Shown: positions 42,229 to 53,369 of the stretch, in pieces
Numbering within the stretch: the stretch's first letter is position 1
How the letters are laid out: each line of letters starts with the position of its first letter
Source of the DNA: Desulfatiglandales bacterium
GTDB lineage: Bacteria > Desulfobacterota > DSM-4660 > Desulfatiglandales > HGW-15
DNA length: 64,000 nt
Assembly: GCA_963667015.2 (NCBI GenBank)
Contig: CAXXJJ010000004.1
Coordinates: 224,001-288,000, forward strand
Reading direction: 5' to 3'
Made by a program: the position numbers and the translations under genes
The notes under the pieces: generated by a model
Seen by the model: the letters and a program-made list of their open reading frames with translations, nothing else
Told to the model about the DNA's origin: nothing
Databases searched by the model: none

Positions 42229-43010
42229 TAATGAGAGCTAAGCGGAAACTTAATCCCTTTATGTCTCTTCATTAGCTTCGAGGGAGGGTACTATGCCCAT
42301 AACTGAATACGTAACAAAAGTTGCAGGAAGCGTATTATTAGCATATATAAAAAAGAGACTTGCTAATTCTTCAATTAATAAGAAACTTGATAAAGAAGCT
42401 ATCGAAAAGGGAATTGAAAACCATATAATCGAAATAAATAAATGGAGTAGTCATTTTCAATTTCTAGAAATGTCTGTTCCAAGTAGTACTGATGAAAATA
42501 CAATCGCCCTTGATTTTCATACACAGCCTCGCAAATTCAGAGGTAACAGTAATCTAGATAAAATAAAGACTGAAAAGGAATTATTAGAAGGCTCTGAACA
42601 TTACTTATTACTAGGTGAGCCTGGTTCCGGTAAAACAACTACTTTAAAAAGACTTATTAGGAAATTATTCACCACTCCTCCTATATCAAATTCGGATATA
42701 TATCAGATACCACTTGTAGTGAGACTTCGCGAGATACCAAGAGGAAAAACATTGCATATGGTAATTGCTGATATCCTAAACATCGCTTATGAAAACATGG
42801 AACGCAAACGGACTATAAAAGCTGATCCAAAAATTCATGGTGCTACAGATACTGTGATTTTGCATATTGATACATTAGTCGGTGGTAAACCGATTGAGGA
42901 TGTTATCCCTCATGTCATTGCCAATATGGGAGTTATATTATTTTTAGATGGCTTGGATGAGGTTCATTCTTCAATTCGATCAGACATAAAGGACGAAATA
43001 TTACAGCTAA

Positions 43011-44920
43011 GGGATGACTCAAAAATAAATTAACAGATTAAAGATGAACTATACCATAAAGCTTGAAAGCGTCTGACATGGCGATAGATATATTACATTG
43101 TAATATTAGCAGGTTAAATATTGACAGGATTGAAAATAATTTGATATAGTTCCCCCTATTATCAATTTAATAGGGGGAACTATATCAAATGTACGCCCAA
43201 AAACCTCGGTTAAACGAAGCCTTGGAATTCTTTAAAAGCAATAAAATCGGAAGGTTAGACAATCTAAAACATGCACTTCATACCAATAGTACAATGACTG
43301 TTTTTCGATCACTCAAAGAGCTTAACTATCTTTCAAGTTATTCTCACAGGGGAAAGTACTACACCTTGCAGAACATTCCAAAATTTGATGAACTTGGTTT
43401 ATGGTCCTTTCAATCGGTGTGGTTTTCCCAATATGGCAATCTCGTTGAAACGGCAAAAGAGTTTGTGGAAAACTCAAACGCCGGCTATACAACTCACGAA
43501 CTTGAAGATATCCTTCATGTTGAAACCAAACACCCCCTTCTGAGTCTTTATAAGCAAGGACGAATCAACCGAGAGAAATTCGGGGGATACTATGTGTATC
43601 TTTCCAGTGAAGTGCATGATAAAAAAAGGCAGATTGCAGTTCGTAAAACAGGCGCTGAAAAATTTGAGGTTGACCTCTCATATGAAATTAAACTGCTCTC
43701 TGAGGAGCTGAAAGCAGCGATAATATTGTTTTTCAGTCTATTAGATGAAAAGCAGCGACGACTGTATGCTGGTTTGGAATCCTATAAATTGGGACATGGC
43801 GGAGATAACCAAATCGCAAAATTATTGGGATTGGATGTTCATACTGTTTCCAAAGGGCGTAGAGAATTATTCAGCCAGGATATAAAAGTCGATCGTATCC
43901 GCGAGAAAGGAGCCGGCAGAAAACCTGTGGAAAAAAAATTCCGCAGGTCACCGAAAGGATAAGAAAGCTTTTGAAATACGAAACAGCAGGCCATCCAATA
44001 AGCGGACTGAAGTGGACACGAAAAACCACGGAAAAAATATCCAGTGAACTGGAGTCTATTGGAATTATTGTTTCCGCAAATACAGTATGCAGGCTTTTAA
44101 AACAAATGGGCTTTTCCTTGAAAGTGAATTGTAAAAAAATAGAATCCGGGATAAGCAATCCGCCGGACCCGAAAAAAAGAGACCAGCAATTTGGCTATAT
44201 TGCCGATTTACGCGAAAAATTTACGAAACGACAACTTCCTGTTATCAGTGTTGATACCAAGAAAAAAGAGTTGATTGGGAACTTTAAAAACTGGGGAGAT
44301 TCCTGGCAGGAATCTCCCATTGAAGTTAAAGATCATGACTTCCCTAGTGATGCCAAAGGGAAAGCTATTCCATACGGTATCTATGATACACAAAAAAATA
44401 TCGGTACAGTTTTTCTGGGTGTTACACGGGATACGCCCTCTTTTGCTGTTGATTCCATTGAGACCTGGTGGAAGACCGAAGGGAAAGCCAATTATCCGGA
44501 TGTCAAAGAGCTGCTTATACTGGCTGATTCGGGCGGTAGCAACAGCTGCCGATCACGGGTGTGGAAATATAAAATCCAAAAAAATATTTGTAACCGGTAT
44601 GGATTATCCATCAGAGTCAGCCACTATCCTCCCGGTTCGTCAAAATGGAACCCTATCGAACATAGACTGTTTTCAGAGGTCAGCAAAAACTGGGCTGGAC
44701 GTCCGCTTGAATCGTATGAGACTGTTCTAAAATATATCCGTACTACAAAAACATCTACAGGCCTCAAGGTGAAAGCACATTTTGTCAGAAAAAATTATAA
44801 AACAGGAGAGAAAGTTTCTAACAAACAAATGGATCAAATAGCCATCAAAAATGGCCTATTACCTGAGTGGAATTATATTTTACATCCAACTAAAATGTGA
44901 TTTTATTTTTGAGTCATCCC
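43011..44920 (+). mobile_element. ISAzo13-like insertion sequence (1910 bp)
   Basis: 19-bp IR GGGATGACTCAAAAATAAA; 3-bp TAA duplication (43008-43010 and 44921-44923). Confidence 0.9.
43189..44900 (+). CDS. ISAzo13-like transposase in two ORFs joined by a -1 shift at the A8 run 43931-43938
   Basis: LDEKQRRLYAG, ISVDTKKKELIGNF, ADSGGSN, SKWNPIEHRLFS. Confidence 0.85.
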
Positions 44921-46116
44921 TAAGTGTGAAAGCTAGTGGCGTAAAAATAATTGTCACGACAAGGTCGGGAGACTACAACACCATAATGGAGGGATTTTGT
45001 ATTATTGAAATATGCCCTCTAACGCCAGAACAAATTGAAGTAATCGCTAGAAGGTGGATTGAAGACCCACATGATTTTTTGAATTGCTTAAAAGAACTTC
45101 CCTATTATGATATTGCTGATAGACCTCTTTTATTGACACAATTAATTATTATTTATCAAAAATACGCTTTTTTACCTGAGCAACCTTCAGATGTATATAA
45201 GAGAATTATAAGACTTTTATTGGAGGAATGGGATGCACAGCGCAGTATAAAACGCACAACTAAATATTCTCGTTTTGACAACGAGCGGAAAGAGGACTTT
45301 TTGGCAGAATTAGCGTATCACTTAACCTATGTAGTTCAAGAAAAACAATTTTCAGAAAATCAACTTATAAATGTGTACGATAATATTTATAAAAAATACA
45401 ATTTGCCACTAAATGAGGGTAGGCAGGTAGCGCAAGAAATACAAACTCATAATGGAATAATAATTTCTGGTCCAGATAATACATATGAGTTTTCTCATCT
45501 ATCAATACAAGAATATCTTTGCGCCAGTTATTTAATAAGAGCACCTTTATTATTGGATATTTCTAAATACATTGAATTATATCATGCCCCTTTAGCGGTC
45601 GCTGTTTCGCTTTCTTCGAGTCCTGGCGCTTGGTTAGGAAATCTTTTCCTCTCAAAAGGTGACAATAAGGTTTATAAAGAAAATGAAATAATATCTTTCT
45701 TTAAAAGATTGAAAATCGAGAGACCATTTTTTGAAGATTCGGAAATATTAGGCTTAGCAGTTCTCCACCTGTTCGGCAAATATAGTAATAGCCAGTATGT
45801 GCGTTTTAGAGAAGTATTAGGAGATTTCGTCTTTGAGGTGAAAGGGGTTCTTGAGTCGATCGTGTTAGCACTAAGGTGGTATTTGTTATCCTTGTCATCC
45901 TCCGAAACAGGCCAATATGTAACCCTTAATTTAAAAAGAAATTCAATTAGTCCTTATAATTTTTTAATACCCTCAAGAGCTATGGTCCCGAAGAAAATAC
46001 TAAAATATATTTATGATAATATTGAGGGATTTAGAGGTGTGAGTGAACTAGTAAAAGGCAGGGAACGATCACTCACTAAAAAACAACTCATTAATTTATT
46101 TAAAGGTATTGATTAG

Positions 46117-46569
46117 AATTGGTATGTAGACTTGAATATGTATAGAGCTGGAGTTGTAGAATATCCATCCGAATGGTCTTATTGCGGGTATAATGAAATT
46201 CAAAATCCACCACAAAGATATACCCTAATTAATTATGAAAAATTAATGCATCTACTCCAATTGAACAGTTATGAAGAGCTTAAATATTTCTGCAAATCCA
46301 GAGTTGATGAAGCAATTTGTGAGATGGATAAATTGAGAGAAAACAAATGGACAGAAAGTATTGTAGTCGGGAGTGAAAAGTTTATCGAAGTTACGAAGAA
46401 TCTGCTTGGTATTAAAGCAATAGGACGGGAGAAAGTAAACAATTGTAAAGGCTATGAGCTAAGAGAACCACCGATAGCTTATAACACTAATTTTGTACCT
46501 GAAAATGGTGTTTTAAGAATTGACAACACATATTATTGGGATGGTAATTTTATAATATCAGACAGATAG
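46117..46569 (+). pseudogene. C-terminal fragment of a REP-associated (HUH Y1, RAYT-like) transposase
   Basis: YVDLNMYRAGVVEYPSEWSYCGY; HUH half missing; GACCCC motif follows the stop at 46578-46583. Confidence 0.75.
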
Positions 46570-46702
46570 CTTGATCCGACCCCAATAACAATGGCTTTCG
46601 GATAATAAAAGTGGCAATGTCAAGGCTGACCTCGTTTGGTTCTTTTTCATGTATTAATGAGTCAAGGGCAGACTTTTACAACTAACTAAGGAAAAATCAA
46701 GA

Positions 46703-47887
46703 ATGGCAGATATGGAACAAATCGAAATTCTCAAAAAAGGAGCTAACTTCTGGAATGATTGGAGAAAAGAGCATTCTGAATTGATTATAGATCTCAGCAG
46801 CGCGGATCTTATCGGAGCGGAGTTTAACAGTATAAACCTTCACAGAGCTGATCTCAGTAGGGTCGACCTCGTCGATGCAGATCTAATAAATTCAGATCTT
46901 AGCGAAGCAACACTAGATGGTTCGAATCTTAGCAGAGCAAACCTCACAAGCTCTAACCTCAAGAGAGCAAACCTTTTAGGCGCGAATCTCACCGGTGCCA
47001 ATCTGAAAAGAGCTAATCTCGGCGAAGTGAACCTTACAAATGCGGACCTCACAGGTGCTGTTCTTACGGAGGCAGAGCTTAATATGGCCAACCTCAGTGA
47101 TGCAAACCTCAGCAGAACTATTATCAGTAGAGCTAATATTAAAAAGACGATTTTAAAAAGGGCAATTATAGGGAATACAATATTTTCATATTTGGATTTG
47201 TCCGATACTATTGAATTACAAACAATGTTGCATAGAGGACGCTCAACAATTGGAACAGACACTCTTTCCAGATCAAAAGGTAAAATATCTTCGAGTTTTC
47301 TACGTCAATGTGGGCTTTCACCATGGGAGATTGAGGTTGCCAAGCTATATAACCCAGATTTAAACCCTCATGAAATTGCAGAAATATTGGATGTGGAAAT
47401 TTTCAGCAAGCGAACTAGAGGCCCAATATATATTGGTGGCATATTTATTTCCTACTCTCATGAAAATTCGAATTTTATTGATAGAATTGAAGAAAAATTA
47501 AAGAAAGAAGGTGCCGCGGTATGGCGTGATATACATGGATTAAAAGCTGGCAGATTAACAAAACAGATAACCGATCAGATTAGAATCAGAGATATTTTAC
47601 TTATTGTTCTCTCTAAAGAATCGATAAACAGCGATTGGGTTGAAAATGAACTGGAACAGGCAAGAAAAAGAGAGATATTGGAAAATAGAGATATAATATG
47701 TCCAATAGCAATAGATGATTCTTGGAAAGAAAAAATAACTGGAGATCCTCTATGGCGTCAAGTATCTAAATACAATATTTTGAGCTTTTCAAAATGGGAA
47801 GATGATTTTTTCTTTAATGGACAATTTAAAAAGCTCGTATCAGGTATTAAAACAAACTACACAATATTCTATAATGGTGTGAACTGA
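46703..47887 (+). CDS. Pentapeptide-repeat protein with a C-terminal TIR domain
   Basis: A(D/N)Lxx repeats; IFISYSHE...VLSKESINSDWVENELEQA. Confidence 0.9.
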   Translation: MADMEQIEILKKGANFWNDWRKEHSELIIDLSSADLIGAEFNSINLHRADLSRVDLVDADLINSDLSEATLDGSNLSRANLTSSNLKRANLLGANLTGANLKRANLGEVNLTNADLTGAVLTEAELNMANLSDANLSRTIISRANIKKTILKRAIIGNTIFSYLDLSDTIELQTMLHRGRSTIGTDTLSRSKGKISSSFLRQCGLSPWEIEVAKLYNPDLNPHEIAEILDVEIFSKRTRGPIYIGGIFISYSHENSNFIDRIEEKLKKEGAAVWRDIHGLKAGRLTKQITDQIRIRDILLIVLSKESINSDWVENELEQARKREILENRDIICPIAIDDSWKEKITGDPLWRQVSKYNILSFSKWEDDFFFNGQFKKLVSGIKTNYTIFYNGVN

Positions 47888-47900
47888 ATCGGCTGAATCT

Positions 47901-48194
47901 GAATCGGGGTCGGACTAAGACAACCCATGTTAAATTCCCAAAGGGGACTGCTATGCAGTATTTAACAGGGTAGGCTACTTGGAATAATAAATTAAAAGCT
48001 GTAGAATCGCTCTATTTTAGAGCTCAAACCATTCTTTTTAAAAGTGTAAATAGACCAATAACAAGTGAGGGGTAAATGCAGCTTTTGATTATAACAATGG
48101 TGACCGGGCAGCTGAAATTATTTTACGACGTGATGATGGATTTGAAGATGTGTTACCTGTGAGCTTCTTTTTTTAGATCTGAATTGGAGTTTTT
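47901..48194 (+). pseudogene. Truncated duplicate of the methyltransferase leader and 5' end (57382-57706)
   Basis: Close alignment with an internal deletion of about 30 bp; ends at GGAACGGGGACGT. Confidence 0.82.
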
Positions 48195-48210
48195 GGAACG
48201 GGGACGTGGA

Positions 48211-48273
48211 GCGGGGACGTTGTTAGGTTATAAGGTTGGCGATAATAAACCTAATAACCTTACAGCGTCCCGC
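48211..48273. repeat. Long imperfect hairpin bounded by GGGGAC and GTCCCG
   Basis: GCGGGGACGTTGTTAGGTTATAAGGTT pairs with AACCTAATAACCTTACAGCGTCCCGC. Confidence 0.7.
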
Positions 48274-48347
48274 TTTTACACATTATTGTTTTAAAAATAG
48301 TGATAGCAATTAAACGTTAAAAATTATTTTTTATATCTGGAGGAATT

Positions 48348-50318
48348 ATGATCAGAAAAAAATATTTTAATCGCTATTTGATCCCAGTAATTGTAATTGC
48401 TTCAATTTATAATCTGGCCTCTTGTAATGCTCTGAAATCTACGATTTACAAAAAGCCTTCAGGAGAAGAGGTAGCTCAAGGTATACCTTATCTGCTCCCA
48501 ACCGGTATGATTGAGGTTTCATTAGAAGTTATTAAAAACGATAAAGGCGAATTTGAGTCAGTGGATATTATAAGTGACACAAAATTGATGCCTGATATGT
48601 CCCAATTATACGTTATTAATCCTGTTTCAGCCTTTTTAACACATAAAAATCAATCAATTGAACTAGACGGAGGGATGTTAAAAAGTGTGACAACAAATGA
48701 TGATGGTCAGGCAGATGAGATTATAAAATCTGCCATCGGGACATGGGTGAATATTTCTAAGGTTGGTGTGTTGAGCAATACAATTGAAGAAATTAAGAGT
48801 ATGGAGAGTATAGATTTTGGAAACCTACCTACGATGAAATTATTTTCAGGAATAGATATATCCAATTTAGAGAAGAATTTAGAAGATAATACTCCTTACG
48901 AAGAAATAATCAAAAGTTTAGTGAAAAAATATTCTGAGTTAAACGGCTTAGGTGAGGTCTTGGAAATTTTAAAAAATCTTTCAGAATATTATATGAAAAC
49001 TGAGCCTAATCTTTATCAGTATTTTGCTGCTACGAACTCTGAGAAAGAAGCATTACTAATTAATAGTAACGATCTTAGTAAGGTAGCGTTTTTGGGAAGC
49101 AACATATCAAATAAAAATATACAAACAAAGTATTTTGACCTGGAGATTAAACAGCAACTATCAAACTTTAACAATACTTATAAATATCCAGCCAACGGAC
49201 CAAAAACAATTGATGAAATAAAATTGAAGCATGAAGCTTCAGATAAAATATCAGTGTCAGGTATAATGGTGAAAGTACCTGAACCTATATTTTTTAAAGC
49301 TCAGTTGTCTGTTAATTCAGTAAATTTGTATTTATTCAGGTTGAAACAGTATAATGCAAAAATGAAGGACTTAAGAGATGAGCATGTCAAAATTGATGCC
49401 ACAGTTAATTGGGAGCATATCTCAACTTCTATTGAAAATTGGAACAAAAATAAAGAAAAAATTAAAAAAGAGATCTTAGAATTAGAAGAATCAATTGCTA
49501 ATTCTGAGAGAGAATTAAAAACTTGCACAAAGGCAAATCCTCCAAATTGTAAAGATATACAAACCAAGATAGATACTACTAATGGTAGAATAGAAACTCA
49601 GAAAAAAAAGTTGAACGAAACTGAAACGAAGATTAAGTCAGCTAGTAAAATTGAAAAAAATAAAAATAAACTTACTGATGAAATTCAACATAACCTTGTT
49701 TTACTACATAAAATGATGCTCTCTGGAGAGTACAAAGACCTTCGTGACATTGTGTTTGAGAAAGACTTCTATGCAATAGTCCCAAGCAAATTTGCAGTTA
49801 ACATTACTCTTAAAAATGCGAAGCTTGGTAAAACAACATATGATTTAAAATTGGATAGAGGAGTACTCACGAGTTTCAGTTTTAATAAACCAGCAGAGCT
49901 CGTAGAACTAGCTAAGTTGCCGCTCGTTATAACAGGAGAAATAGTTACGCAGCTCTCAAGTCTTATTACATTTAGAATAGATATGGTTGGTAAAACACAA
50001 GAATATATTGATGCAATGGTGAAATTGAAAGAGGCAGAGCATGAGCTTGATATATTGAAAATAAAACTAGAGCGGGATGACGTCACTTCTCTTTATGAGT
50101 ACGAGAAGCTGATCCTTGAATCACAATTAGACATTATTCAGAAATCTACGGAAATTCAAACTGCCATTATTGAAGGCTTATATAATAAAGATCTTAGCGA
50201 ATATGAAATCAGGAAAAAAATAATTGAGTTACAAGCGCAGATTTCGGAAAAACAGTTAATAATAGAGCAGAATAAAAAAGCTATAGATGAATTGAAAAGT
50301 GAAAAAGAAGGATATTAA
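48348..50318 (+). CDS. Putative lipoprotein with long coiled coils
   Basis: GGAGG RBS, lipobox-like LASC, heptad-rich regions. Confidence 0.72.
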   Translation: MIRKKYFNRYLIPVIVIASIYNLASCNALKSTIYKKPSGEEVAQGIPYLLPTGMIEVSLEVIKNDKGEFESVDIISDTKLMPDMSQLYVINPVSAFLTHKNQSIELDGGMLKSVTTNDDGQADEIIKSAIGTWVNISKVGVLSNTIEEIKSMESIDFGNLPTMKLFSGIDISNLEKNLEDNTPYEEIIKSLVKKYSELNGLGEVLEILKNLSEYYMKTEPNLYQYFAATNSEKEALLINSNDLSKVAFLGSNISNKNIQTKYFDLEIKQQLSNFNNTYKYPANGPKTIDEIKLKHEASDKISVSGIMVKVPEPIFFKAQLSVNSVNLYLFRLKQYNAKMKDLRDEHVKIDATVNWEHISTSIENWNKNKEKIKKEILELEESIANSERELKTCTKANPPNCKDIQTKIDTTNGRIETQKKKLNETETKIKSASKIEKNKNKLTDEIQHNLVLLHKMMLSGEYKDLRDIVFEKDFYAIVPSKFAVNITLKNAKLGKTTYDLKLDRGVLTSFSFNKPAELVELAKLPLVITGEIVTQLSSLITFRIDMVGKTQEYIDAMVKLKEAEHELDILKIKLERDDVTSLYEYEKLILESQLDIIQKSTEIQTAIIEGLYNKDLSEYEIRKKIIELQAQISEKQLIIEQNKKAIDELKSEKEGY

Positions 50319-50319
50319 A

Positions 50320-50392
50320 CTAAAGTTTCGCAGTTAAATTTTATAAAAAAAAGAGGGATAAAAGTTTGAAAATATTGATAAAATAGTTGAAA
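50320..50392 (+). mobile_element. 73-bp terminal remnant of the IS found at 4501-6025
   Basis: Reverse complement of about 5953-6025, including the IR CTAAAGTTTCGCAGTT. Confidence 0.88.
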
Positions 50393-50446
50393 CGAAAACA
50401 TCGGGGTCAGCCCTTGACATGGGACAAAGTCAAGTTAATCTCCACC

Positions 50447-50778
50447 TAGAATAACTTGTTAAAAGCTTAAAGGTAATCAATATCCGGGATAACAAAATCC
50501 ATATTTATCGGAAATGGCAATGTTGCCAAATCCGATAAATAGAAAAAATAAAATAAAAATCATGTGTAATAAAAGACAGTTATCCATTTTCAGTATGTGA
50601 TAAATAGCCCTACAAAAATTGAAATCCGGACAATAAATGTTCTATTTAGGAAAAATGGCAACGTTGCCAAAATTACTAAATAGAAACGGCGAATCGAAAT
50701 TCTTTTGTAATTATATATGGTTATAAAAAAATCTTAATGGCTAAATAGCAGTCAAAATCGCGGGATATCTTTCTGTAT
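50447..50778. repeat. 332-bp non-coding repeat, copy 1, with two TGGCAAYGTTGCCA-centred palindromes
   Basis: Aligns end to end with 61789-62120. Confidence 0.88.
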
Positions 50779-51061
50779 AACATTCAAATAGTGAAGATAT
50801 ACAGAACTGCTCAATAACTTGTTAGCTAAAAAGAAGGAGGCAATTTATAAAATGATTATTTCAAAAAAAATATTCTCAGCTTTGCCTATTCTGCTACTGG
50901 ATATTCCGGGTCTGATTTCCCCATGAGTCCGGCCATTGGCCCCAATCGATCCGGTAAAAAGTCCCAACCAATCCGGGGTAGTTCCCATCCAATTATGAGT
51001 CTCTATAATGAGTAAATGCATCAAGATTTGATGTAAATTCATTATAGAGGAGGTCACCTAA

Positions 51062-52594
51062 ATGACCAAATATCGAGAGATCCTTAGACTAAATAGTCTT
51101 GGGATCAACCAAAGCAGTACAGCCAAAGGCTGTGGATGCTCAAGAAAGACAGTACGTAAAGTGCTTAATCGAGCAAAGGAACTACAAATTGAATGGCCTT
51201 TAAAAGCTGAGACCACAGATGTTGAACTGAAGAAGCAACTATTCCCGGAAGAAACCTCCAGAGAACCATCACGTAAACACCCTGATTATGATTACTTAGC
51301 CAGGGAAATGATGCGAAACGGAGTAACCCTAAAGCTTCTGTGGAATGAGTACTGTGAGGAATGTAGACAGAGCAATGAGCTACCCCTCATGTACTCTCAG
51401 TTCTGTTTTCATTATCAGAAGTATTCTGAAAAAAAGCGTGCTACCATGCATATCCCTAGAAAACCGGGGGATCTTACAGAAGTTGACTGGGCAGGAGATA
51501 CAGCCTCTGTTATCGACAGAGATACAGGGGAGATTATCCCTGCATATATCTTTGTAGGAGTTCTTTCCTATAGCCTGTACACTTATGTAGAAGCCTTCTT
51601 CAAACAGGATATGGAAATCTGGATAACTGCCCATGTTAACATGTATAACTTCTTTGGAGGGACAACACGTATGCTTGTTCCCGACAATCTTAAAACAGGG
51701 GTTGAACGGAGCGACTGGTATACTCCGGTAATAAACAAAACCTACCGTGAAATGGCCGAACACTATGATACTGCAGTAATTCCCGCACGGGTTAAAAAGC
51801 CCAAAGATAAACCGAATGCTGAAGGCTCTGTAAAGGTGGTATCAGCATGGATTATCGCAGCTCTTCGTAATGAAAAGTTTTTTACTCTGGAAGAGTTGAA
51901 CAGGGAAATAAGCTTTAAACTGAACGGGTATAACCGCCGTAGCTTTCAAAAGAAAGAAGGCAGCCGATACAGTTTCTTTGAGGAAGAAAAGCCATTTATG
52001 GCACCGCTACCTGCTGCCTCCTATGAACTGGCAACCTGGAAACAGGCCACAGTCCAGTTCAATTATCATATATCTGTAGATAAGATGCAATACTCCGTGC
52101 CTTACGAATATATTAAGCAGAAGGTCGATGTGAGGCTAACAAAAAACATTGTAGAGGTGTTTTATCGCAACACCCGAATCTGTTCCCATATGCGTCTATA
52201 TGGGCGTCCTGGCCAGTACAGCAGCATCGAGGCTCATATGCCTGAAGATCATCAGAAATACCTGAAATGGGACAAAAGCCGTTTCATAGCATGGGCAGAA
52301 AAGATAGGTCCAAATACTGTTATTGCTATAAAATCCATACTCAACTCCTATAAGGTTGAACAGCAGGGTTATAAAAGCTGTATGGGGATTTTAAAGCTTG
52401 CAGATAAATACTCCCTGAATCGTCTGGAAGGTGCCTGTAAGAAGGCTTTATTTTATACTCCTCATCCGAGTTATAAGATAATTAAAAACATACTGACTAC
52501 AGGTCAGGACAAGGTTCCGGATAAAAAACAAAAAGAATCTTCAGCCCCGAATGAGCATGGCTTTACCCGCGGCGCCAAATATTACAGGAGGTAA
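51062..52594 (+). CDS. istA: IS21 transposase IstA
   Basis: EVDWAG, VPDNLKTGV, KPKDKPNAEGSV. Confidence 0.93.
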   Translation: MTKYREILRLNSLGINQSSTAKGCGCSRKTVRKVLNRAKELQIEWPLKAETTDVELKKQLFPEETSREPSRKHPDYDYLAREMMRNGVTLKLLWNEYCEECRQSNELPLMYSQFCFHYQKYSEKKRATMHIPRKPGDLTEVDWAGDTASVIDRDTGEIIPAYIFVGVLSYSLYTYVEAFFKQDMEIWITAHVNMYNFFGGTTRMLVPDNLKTGVERSDWYTPVINKTYREMAEHYDTAVIPARVKKPKDKPNAEGSVKVVSAWIIAALRNEKFFTLEELNREISFKLNGYNRRSFQKKEGSRYSFFEEEKPFMAPLPAASYELATWKQATVQFNYHISVDKMQYSVPYEYIKQKVDVRLTKNIVEVFYRNTRICSHMRLYGRPGQYSSIEAHMPEDHQKYLKWDKSRFIAWAEKIGPNTVIAIKSILNSYKVEQQGYKSCMGILKLADKYSLNRLEGACKKALFYTPHPSYKIIKNILTTGQDKVPDKKQKESSAPNEHGFTRGAKYYRR

Positions 52595-52598
52595 AGCC

Positions 52599-53369
52599 AT
52601 GATAAATACAGCAACCATCAACAAGTTGATTGAAATGCGCATGTCAGCCATGGCAAACGCTTTACGTACACAGATGCAGGATAACTCAATGTATGATTTA
52701 TCCTTTGAAGAGCGTATCGGAATGCTTGTGGACATTGAATACGACACTCGTAAAACCAACCGTCTGCATAGGTTGATAAGGAATGCTTCCTTTGACCAGC
52801 CTTCAGCCTCTATTGCTGATATAAATTACAGTTCAGGAAGAAAGCTCAATAAAAGTCTTATTAAACGTTTATCTACCTGTAACTACATTACTGATAGGCA
52901 CAATGTTATGGTCCTTGGAGCTACCGGTGCAGGAAAGTCCTATATTGCATGTGCATTAGGTATGGAGGCATGCAAACACCACTACACTGTGAAATACATC
53001 CGCCTCCCGGAATTGCTTGCGGAACTGGCAATAGCCAGAGGTGAAGGGTGCTTCAAGAAGGTCGTTAATCAGTATAAAAAATACAGGCTTTTAATTTTGG
53101 ATGAATGGATGCTTGTTTCTTTAATCGAAACTGAGGCAAGGGATCTCCTGGAAATAATCCATGCCCGTCATAAAAATGCATCCACTATTTTTTGTTCTCA
53201 GTTTGCACCTGCTGGCTGGTATAAGAAAATAGCAGAATCAACTTTAGCTGATGCCATCCTTGACCGAATTGTTCACGACTCTTACACCATTGAAATACAG
53301 TACATTGATAAAGATAACGACAAATCCATGAGGGAAGTTTACGGCATTAACAATAAAAAGAAAAATTAG
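52599..53369 (+). CDS. istB: IS21 helper ATPase IstB
   Basis: GATGAGKS, LLILDEW, ADAILDRIVH. Confidence 0.93.
   Translation: MINTATINKLIEMRMSAMANALRTQMQDNSMYDLSFEERIGMLVDIEYDTRKTNRLHRLIRNASFDQPSASIADINYSSGRKLNKSLIKRLSTCNYITDRHNVMVLGATGAGKSYIACALGMEACKHHYTVKYIRLPELLAELAIARGEGCFKKVVNQYKKYRLLILDEWMLVSLIETEARDLLEIIHARHKNASTIFCSQFAPAGWYKKIAESTLADAILDRIVHDSYTIEIQYIDKDNDKSMREVYGINNKKKN

Larger units (their letters stand above)
42293..46116 (+). pseudogene. NACHT-family NTPase interrupted by an ISAzo13-like element (636 aa when rejoined)
   Basis: Walker A GEPGSGKTT, Walker B LFLDGLDE, IVTTR, PLLL, FSHLSIQEYL; removing the IS gives in-frame EILQL-SVKASG. Confidence 0.88.

Noticed and set aside
44851..44923. 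ORF-track N terminus of the 421-aa protein
   Set aside because: It derives from the IS end; the ORF is the 3' part of the interrupted NACHT gene.
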